Origin: Candidatus Jordarchaeia archaeon
Lineage (GTDB): Archaea > Asgardarchaeota > Jordiarchaeia > Jordiarchaeales > Jordiarchaeaceae
NCBI GenBank assembly: GCA_029856435.1
Contig: JAHQXB010000091.1
Coordinates: 1 to 12,339, forward strand
DNA length: 12,339 nt
Direction: 5' to 3'
Shown here: one piece after another, positions 6,824-12,339 of the stretch
Position numbering within the stretch: the stretch's first letter is position 1
How the letters are laid out: each line of letters opens with the position of its first letter
Position numbers and translations under genes: made by a program
The notes under the pieces: model-generated
Told to the model about the DNA's origin: nothing
Databases searched by the model: none
What the model saw: the letters and a program-made list of their open reading frames with translations, nothing else

Positions 6824-8095
6824 ATGGAAAGACTACAAAAAATGAGAAAACAGATTTACCGATGTATTCACTGTGGTGCCTGCAGATTCGCCTATTCCGG
6901 TGAACCTGACAAGGAAGGACTAGGTGAGCATGGAGGCGTACTCTACGAAGGTATAGTTACGGGATGCCCTGCTGGAAATAAGTACAAGTGGGAAGGCTTC
7001 TATAACTCTGGCAAGATGTGGATGGCTAGAGCAGTTCTGGAAGGAGAACTTGAACCAAGCGAAGAAATGAGAGACATCATTTTCCAGTGTAGTACCTGTG
7101 GAAACTGTGCCGCACAATGTGAGAACAAGATTCCCACAGTAGATGTTATAGAGGCTCTGAGAGCGGCGCTTGTGGAAAAGGGCGTGCCCTTGGGAGCCAA
7201 GTCTGCGGCACTATCTAAAAACGTAAAAGAGAAGAACAACCCCTACAATGAACCTCACGCAGAGAGAACCTCTTGGCTAAAGGGCGAAAAGAACCTCAAG
7301 TCCAAGACCGCTTACTTTGTGGGATGCACTGCTTCCTACAGGATTAAGAATGTGGCTGAGGCCACAGAGCGCCTGTTTAGAAAAATAGGGGTTCCAGTAG
7401 CGGTTTTAACGGACGAGGTGTGCTGTGGCTCTCCACTGTTTAGGACAGGACAGTTAAGTGAAGCATTAAGGGTTATGAACCAAAACCTTGAAACATTCAA
7501 AAAATACGAGACTGTAGTGTTTAGCTGTGCAGGGTGCTACAGAACATTTAAAGTGGATTATCCAAAGTACAGTGGAAAACCACTACCTTTCAAAGCTGTG
7601 CATACCATGGAGTTCATTGCGGACTTGATGAAGCAGGGGAAGCTTAAGATTAAGAAAGAGTTTAAGAAAATAGTGACCTGGCATGATCCCTGCCATCTTA
7701 CGAGACACATCGCCGACGACATTGAGAAGAGACGCTTAGAGGAGAGCAACAACTGGTTCATAGACAGCAGAGCTATTGAGAAGGAGAAGGAGGAGTGGTA
7801 CGAACTCCCCAGATATGTGCTGAAACAAATTCCGGGCGTTGAGTTCAGAGAAATGTACAGAATAAAAGAAAACACTTGGTGCTGTGGTGCTGGTGGCGGT
7901 GTTAAAACTCAGTACCCTGAACTAGCCATGGATGCGGTGATTGAGAGAATTAAGGAAGCCGAAGCTACAGGCGCCCAAGCCATAGTAACGTCTTGCCCGT
8001 TCTGCTTCCTGAACATCAGGGATGGTATCAAAGCTACGGGCAGCAAGCTGGAACTCTACGAGCTCATTGAGCTGTTAGACTCTTTGATTGACTGA
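6824..8095 (+). CDS. (Fe-S)-binding oxidoreductase subunit, GlcF/HdrD-like (two [4Fe-4S] motifs plus CCG domains)
   Basis: CIHCGAC...GCP and CSTCGNCAAQC ferredoxin-type motifs; YFVGC, CCG, SCAGC, HDPCHL, WCCGAGGG, SCPFC; SD AGGAGGT immediately after the upstream stop, consistent with an operon with the FAD gene. Confidence 0.92.
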   Translation: MERLQKMRKQIYRCIHCGACRFAYSGEPDKEGLGEHGGVLYEGIVTGCPAGNKYKWEGFYNSGKMWMARAVLEGELEPSEEMRDIIFQCSTCGNCAAQCENKIPTVDVIEALRAALVEKGVPLGAKSAALSKNVKEKNNPYNEPHAERTSWLKGEKNLKSKTAYFVGCTASYRIKNVAEATERLFRKIGVPVAVLTDEVCCGSPLFRTGQLSEALRVMNQNLETFKKYETVVFSCAGCYRTFKVDYPKYSGKPLPFKAVHTMEFIADLMKQGKLKIKKEFKKIVTWHDPCHLTRHIADDIEKRRLEESNNWFIDSRAIEKEKEEWYELPRYVLKQIPGVEFREMYRIKENTWCCGAGGGVKTQYPELAMDAVIERIKEAEATGAQAIVTSCPFCFLNIRDGIKATGSKLELYELIELLDSLID

Positions 8096-8106
8096 AAAAG
8101 CATCCC

Positions 8107-8132
8107 TTCTTTTTTCCACTTTATTTTTATTC
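8107..8132 (+). terminator. T-rich tract, probable terminator of the FAD/Fe-S operon
   Basis: TTCTTTTTTCCACTTTATTTTTATTC begins ~12 nt after the stop codon. Confidence 0.4.
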
Positions 8133-8158
8133 TCATATGCCCTTTTTAATCTATAGCG

Positions 8159-9073
8159 GTGATTTTGTTGAGTGCGGAAAGGGCTGTTGAGATGTTGGCG
8201 AGTAGGAATCGGCAGGCACTTATGAATTTGCTTTTTAAAAATAAGAGGTTGAGTTTTGATTCCTTGTTGGAGCAAATGGGTTTTGGCCGGGATTTCGCCT
8301 ACAAGTTTAGAAAAAGGTACTTGGAGCCCCTTACAGGGGCGGGTCTTATTTTGAATGATAATGGTTATTTTTCCTTGACTCCACTGGGTTTTCTGGTTGT
8401 GGATTTGTTTGGGGATATTGATTGTATCAGATTGTATGGTAAGTTGCGCTACTTATTGGCTTTGGAAACTCCTAAAACCGCTAGGCAGCTGATACGCTCT
8501 TTGAATGTGAGTAGGCGTACCTGCTGGTCTCAGCTGGAGAAGCTGAGGGAAATGAATCTGGTGAAGAGAGTTAAAATCCAGTACAAAATCAAAGACGATG
8601 TAGAATTTAATTTCGACCAATTGCCGGGCTACCTGAAAAAAATTGTCAAAATTATGGGTAAAAGTACAGTTTCCCCAGCTGAAATTGCCCGAGCTACAGG
8701 ACAGAAGGAGAGTTCTAGTTATTCGCGAATGTCTGAGCTTATGAGGCTGGGCATCATTCAATATGCGGGGCCCGAACCCCCACCAAGCGACATTTTTCAC
8801 ATCTACTACAAACTCACCAGAAACGGTTACGAAGTCTTACAGAAGATAAAATCCTTTGAGAACGTGTTATACTGCATGCTATGTATTACAGAGATTCTAT
8901 CCAAAAATGGTAACATGGACGAGCTGAAAATTTGGGAGGAATGCAGCAAAAAAATAGGGGGTATAAACAGTTTCGAAACCCGCAGAGCAATTAACGTTCT
9001 ACGCCTAGCAAACGTGATTGAGGGAAATAAACTAGAGGGATACTCCCTAACCAAAACAAAAATTGCAAACTAA
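8159..9073 (+). CDS. Protein with tandem winged helix-turn-helix domains, probable nucleic-acid-binding regulator
   Basis: Repeated wHTH-like segments (LEPLTGAGLI..YFSLTPLG; KTARQLIRSLNVSRRTCWSQLEKLREMNLV; SPAEIARATG..YSRMSELMRLGII..YYKLTRNG; RAINVLRLANVI..YSLT). Start ambiguous: GTG 8159, TTG 8168 or ATG 8192. Confidence 0.75.
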   Translation: MILLSAERAVEMLASRNRQALMNLLFKNKRLSFDSLLEQMGFGRDFAYKFRKRYLEPLTGAGLILNDNGYFSLTPLGFLVVDLFGDIDCIRLYGKLRYLLALETPKTARQLIRSLNVSRRTCWSQLEKLREMNLVKRVKIQYKIKDDVEFNFDQLPGYLKKIVKIMGKSTVSPAEIARATGQKESSSYSRMSELMRLGIIQYAGPEPPPSDIFHIYYKLTRNGYEVLQKIKSFENVLYCMLCITEILSKNGNMDELKIWEECSKKIGGINSFETRRAINVLRLANVIEGNKLEGYSLTKTKIAN

Positions 9074-9151
9074 ATGTGTAAGCCCCAACTCCTTCCCGTG
9101 AAGACTTGATATGGGTTTTTGGTTTATAGGTAAATCTGGTTGAACATGATA

Positions 9152-9187
9152 TTTATATGGTGGTATTTCGACCCTTTTTTGCGGAGG
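9152..9187 (+). promoter_or_regulatory. TATA-like box and Shine-Dalgarno site of the leuB-like gene
   Basis: TTTATAT at 9152-9158 and GGAGG at 9183-9187, 7 nt before TTG 9195. Confidence 0.45.
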
Positions 9188-9194
9188 CACACTT

Positions 9195-10340
9195 TTGACT
9201 AGAACGTATAAAGTTGTAGTTCTTCCTGGAGACGGAGTCGGTAGAGAAGTGGTTCCAGAAACTGTTAAGGTTTTGCAAGCCGCTAGGGATGCTGCCAATG
9301 GTTTCAACTTTGAATTTATAGAGTTTCCCTGCGGAGGCAAGTACTATAAGGAGACTGGTAAGGAGTGGCCGGATGAGGCTTTTGAGGCTTGTAAAAAATC
9401 AGACGCCATTCTTTTTGGAGCTATAGGATGGCCTGGAGCTATTAAACCGGGGGGCGCCCTGGCGGGTGTGGACATCCTGTTGGGTATGAGGTTCGGTTTA
9501 GACCTATATGCAAATTTGAGACCCGCCAAACTATATGAGGGAATAGATTCCCGTATTTTGGGAAAGAGTTCCAAGGATGTAAACTTTATAGTGGTTCGAG
9601 AGAACACTGAAGGACTCTATGTTCCCATCAGAGGCATGCTGAATAGGGGAGGCGTAGAGGAGCTGGCTGTAGACGTGAGAGTGATTACCCGCAAGGGTGC
9701 GGAGCGCATTATTCGCTACGCTTTCGATTTATGCATGAGACGTGGTGGGGCTCCAGGTGACGGTAAGAAGCGTGTGACCTGCGTTGACAAGAGTAATGTG
9801 CTAGACGGGTGCAGACTCTTCAGAAAAATTTACGATGAAATAGCTGAAAACTATGGAGAGGTTGAAAGGGACTACGTGTATGTGGATGCCATGACCCAGT
9901 GGATGATTAGAGCACCTGAACACTACGATGTGGTTGTGACGTCAAATTTCCAAGGAGATATACTGTCTGATCTTTCGTCAGTACTGATTGGAGGAATGGG
10001 TATGGCTCCCAGCGCAAATGTTGGCGAGAAATACGGGATGTTTGAACCGGTTCACGGCAGCGCACCTGACATCGCGGGCCAGAATAAGGCAAACCCCATA
10101 GGCTCCATTCTATCGGGCAAAATGATGCTTGAATGGCTGGCTCTAAAACATAGGGATACCTCCTGCGAAAAGGCAGCCTCAATAATTGAGAGTGCCGTCG
10201 CCCAAGTTTTAATTGAGGGAAGGAGGAGAACACCAGACTTATGCTATGGGAGGTATGCTGGTTTACCCCCCAGCACCACCTCGGAGGTTGGCGACGCTAT
10301 AGTAGAAAAAATTGAGGAGACAAACAGTTCTAGAAGGTGA
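9195..10340 (+). CDS. leuB: 3-isopropylmalate/isocitrate-family beta-decarboxylating dehydrogenase
   Basis: VLPGDGVGREV, LDLYANLRP, VVRENTEGLY, VDKSNVL, YVDAM, GDILSDL, FEPVHGSAPDIAG..ANP motifs; adjacent to leuC/leuD-like genes. Exact substrate (isopropylmalate, homoisocitrate, malate or tartrate) cannot be fixed by eye. Confidence 0.85.
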   Translation: MTRTYKVVVLPGDGVGREVVPETVKVLQAARDAANGFNFEFIEFPCGGKYYKETGKEWPDEAFEACKKSDAILFGAIGWPGAIKPGGALAGVDILLGMRFGLDLYANLRPAKLYEGIDSRILGKSSKDVNFIVVRENTEGLYVPIRGMLNRGGVEELAVDVRVITRKGAERIIRYAFDLCMRRGGAPGDGKKRVTCVDKSNVLDGCRLFRKIYDEIAENYGEVERDYVYVDAMTQWMIRAPEHYDVVVTSNFQGDILSDLSSVLIGGMGMAPSANVGEKYGMFEPVHGSAPDIAGQNKANPIGSILSGKMMLEWLALKHRDTSCEKAASIIESAVAQVLIEGRRRTPDLCYGRYAGLPPSTTSEVGDAIVEKIEETNSSRR

Positions 10341-10431
10341 TAGAAAACTAAAAAAGCAAACACAACTACATTACTCCATACTTTGATGTTTGTTTGAGTT
10401 TGTTGTAAGCTGACTTTTTGGAGGACTTGTT

Positions 10432-11721
10432 ATGGGAATGACGATTTCGGAGAAGATTTTGGCTAGTCACTCCGGCAATAAGAAAGTGGAGCCTGGAGAT
10501 ATTGTTAACGCTAGGATTGACCGCGTAATGGTGCACGAGATGCTCGGAAATCAACCCTAGAAGTAAGAAGGTTTGACCGGACTGCGTATCGCTCAGATTT
10601 ATGATGAGCTGGGCTTGGATCGTGTGTGGGACGCGGACAAAGTAGTGGCGCTTATAGATCACTGGATTCCTGCAGGAAAAGTTGACGAGGCCATCATTCA
10701 CCAGAAGTGTAGAGAGTTTGTGGAAAAGTATAATATTAAGAACTGGTTAGGGATGCGTGAGGGAATCTGCCACGCGGTTTTTCCCCAGAAGGGTTTCGTG
10801 AAGCCCGGTGACCTCATTGTGGGCAGCGACTCTCACACCACAACTTATGGCGCTCTGGGGGCTTTTAGTACAGGCATAGGCTCAACAGACATGGCTATGG
10901 TTCTGGCTACTGGGGAGTTGTGGTTTAAGGTTCCAGCCACTATAAAGTTTGACATTTCGGGCAAAATTCCAAAGTTCATTATGGGCAAAGACATAATTCT
11001 CAGAATAATAGGCGACATCGGTGTGGAGGGAGCCACCTATAAAACCATGGAGTATGCTGGCGAAGCAGTAAAAGAGTTGAGTATTGATGGGAGATTCACA
11101 TTGAGCAACATGGCCATAGAGGCAGGAGCCAAAGCGGGAATTATTGAACCAGACGAAAAGACTGTTGAGTGGGTAAAGTCTCGGACTAGAGAGGAATTCC
11201 AAGTGGTAAGAAATGATCCTGATGCCACATTTGAGGAAGTAATCAAAATGGATATTTCAAGGCTTGAGCCCCAAGTGGCCAAGCCGCCAAGCCCCGGGAA
11301 CACAGTGCCAGTATCAGAGGTGGAGGGAATAAAAATTGACCAAGCTTTTATAGGTTCATGCACTAATGGCAGAATGGAGGATATGAGAGCCGCGGCGAAA
11401 ATTTTGAAAGGCAGGGTGATCCCCAAAGAAGTGAGGTGCATAGTTATCCCAGCCTCCAAAGAGGTATACATCCAAGCAATGCATGAAGGGCTATTTGACA
11501 TATTCCTTGAAGCGGGATGCGTTATATGCAACCCACACTGTGGACCCTGCATCGGCGGAAGCTCCGGTGTCCTTGGTCCAGGGGAAGTATGCATATCTTC
11601 ATCAAACAGAAACTTCATTGGGAGAATGGGAAGCAAAGAAAGCAAAGTGTACCTAGCATCACCCTACACGGTCGCCGCATCAGCGGTTAAAGGAGAAATA
11701 ACAGATCCCAGAAAAATTTGA
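10432..11721 (+). CDS. leuC: 3-isopropylmalate dehydratase/homoaconitase large subunit, intron-split: join(10432..10549,10583..11721), predicted 418 aa
   Basis: Exon 1 encodes the canonical N-terminus [39 protein letters not shown], with SD GGAGGA at 10420-10425. Exon 2 has [30 protein letters not shown] and [11 protein letters not shown]. Exons total 118+1139=1257 nt=419 codons. The supplied ORF 10573..11721 misses the conserved N-terminus. Confidence 0.9.
10550..10582 (+). other. 33-nt bulge-helix-bulge (BHB) archaeal-type intron in the leuC-like mRNA
   Basis: Central 4-bp helix UCGG(10544-47)/CCGG(10577-80); 3-nt bulges AAA(10548-50) and ACU(10581-83); exon-exon helix 10536-43/10584-91 (7 of 8 pairs); intron stem 10551-58/10569-76 (7 of 8 pairs); contains in-frame TAG (10558-60) and TAA (10564-66). 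Confidence 0.85.
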
Positions 11722-11764
11722 GAATATCCTTTAGAGAATGAGAGTTTAATGGAGAGGAAGAATC

Positions 11765-12283
11765 GTGACCACAGTAATTAGGGGAAAGGTTTGGAAATTT
11801 GGAGACAATATTGATACCGACATCATTATTGCTGGGCCCTATCTCACCATAAGAGATGAAGACATGATGGCGAGCCACGCCATGGAAATGGTGAACCCAG
11901 ACTTTGCGAAAAAAGTTAAGCCGGGGGATGTCATAGTTGCGGGAAAAAACTTTGGATGCGGCTCCAGCAGAGAGGAAGCTCCCTACGTTCTAAAGAAACT
12001 CGGCGTAGCTGCCATAGTGGCAGACTTCTTCGCGAGAATATTTTACAGAAACGCAATAAACCTGGGACTACCACTATTGGAAGTTAAAGACGCCCACAAA
12101 ATATTCCAAGAAGGAGACACTATAGAAATTGAACTCGAAAAGGGAATAGTCAGAAACACCAGAACAAAACAAGAACTCCAAGGAACAAAACTACCAGACT
12201 TCCTAATAGAAATCATAAAAGCGGGAGGAGCCATAGAAGCCCTAAAGAAAAAAATGAAAAAAGAGCCACATAACCAAAAATAA
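11765..12283 (+). CDS. leuD: 3-isopropylmalate dehydratase small subunit (type 2)
   Basis: GKVWKFGDNIDTDIII, AGKNFGCGSSRE(E)A, FARIFYRNAINLGLP, IIKAGG motifs. The specificity loop reads YLTI, without the Arg of the homoaconitase HacB YLRT loop, which favours an isopropylmalate-type substrate. Confidence 0.9.
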   Translation: MTTVIRGKVWKFGDNIDTDIIIAGPYLTIRDEDMMASHAMEMVNPDFAKKVKPGDVIVAGKNFGCGSSREEAPYVLKKLGVAAIVADFFARIFYRNAINLGLPLLEVKDAHKIFQEGDTIEIELEKGIVRNTRTKQELQGTKLPDFLIEIIKAGGAIEALKKKMKKEPHNQK

Positions 12284-12339
12284 AGGGCTAGCCAAAAAAG
12301 CTCCATGAGCCCAAAAAACTGTATCCCTATTGAAAAAAA

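Noticed and set aside
7690-7810. Extra ~25 codons after HDPCHL in the Fe-S gene as a second, stop-free intron
   Set aside because: No BHB or hairpin pairing found by eye; it encodes a plausible charged helix.
8328-8337. 10-nt match (CCCTTACAGG) of the predicted omegaRNA guide within the wHTH gene
   Set aside because: The first two seed positions mismatch, and a 10-mer match in a 12-kb window is not improbable.
10558-10566. Pyrrolysine/readthrough, ribosomal hopping (GGA to GGA) or simple pseudogene explanation for the leuC stops
   Set aside because: TAA cannot be recoded as Pyl; readthrough would insert 11 residues in a conserved motif; the take-off codon is not adjacent to the stop as in known bypassing; both exons and the operon are otherwise intact; and the BHB geometry explains the insert exactly. 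Formally excluded only by RNA data.
10573-11721. TTG 10573 as the true start of leuC
   Set aside because: It would drop the conserved MTxxEKIL...GD.V...D..M.H(D/E) N-terminus that is present in frame upstream with a strong SD.
1426-12306. Remaining antisense or overlapping ORFs in the track (e.g. 2444..2812, 5954..6355, 9907..10233, 11037..11645)
   Set aside because: Shadow frames of well-supported genes, with no motifs or ribosome-binding sites.

Overview
Archaeal chromosomal window (Shine-Dalgarno GGAGG/GGTGA sites, TATA-like boxes, type-2 LeuC/LeuD, HdrD/GlcF-like Fe-S protein); an Asgard-type lineage is my impression from gene style and is not provable here. The first ~1.15 kb is non-coding and mobile-element-derived: a TnpB omegaRNA-like IS200/IS605 right end with no tnpB ORF, bracketed by two diverged ~105-bp palindromic MITE-like elements. 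It is followed by a SIS/PHI-like gene, a nucleotidyltransferase-phosphomannomutase fusion (minus strand), a small CxxC zinc protein, an FAD-oxidoreductase/Fe-S pair, a tandem winged-helix protein and a leuB-leuC-leuD-like cluster. Main finding: the leuC-like gene is split by a 33-nt insert carrying two in-frame stops, and its borders fold into a canonical bulge-helix-bulge (BHB) motif. Predicted excision of 10550-10582 restores a full-length 418-aa protein, so this is a candidate tRNA-endonuclease-type intron in a metabolic mRNA. All folds and alignments were done by eye.
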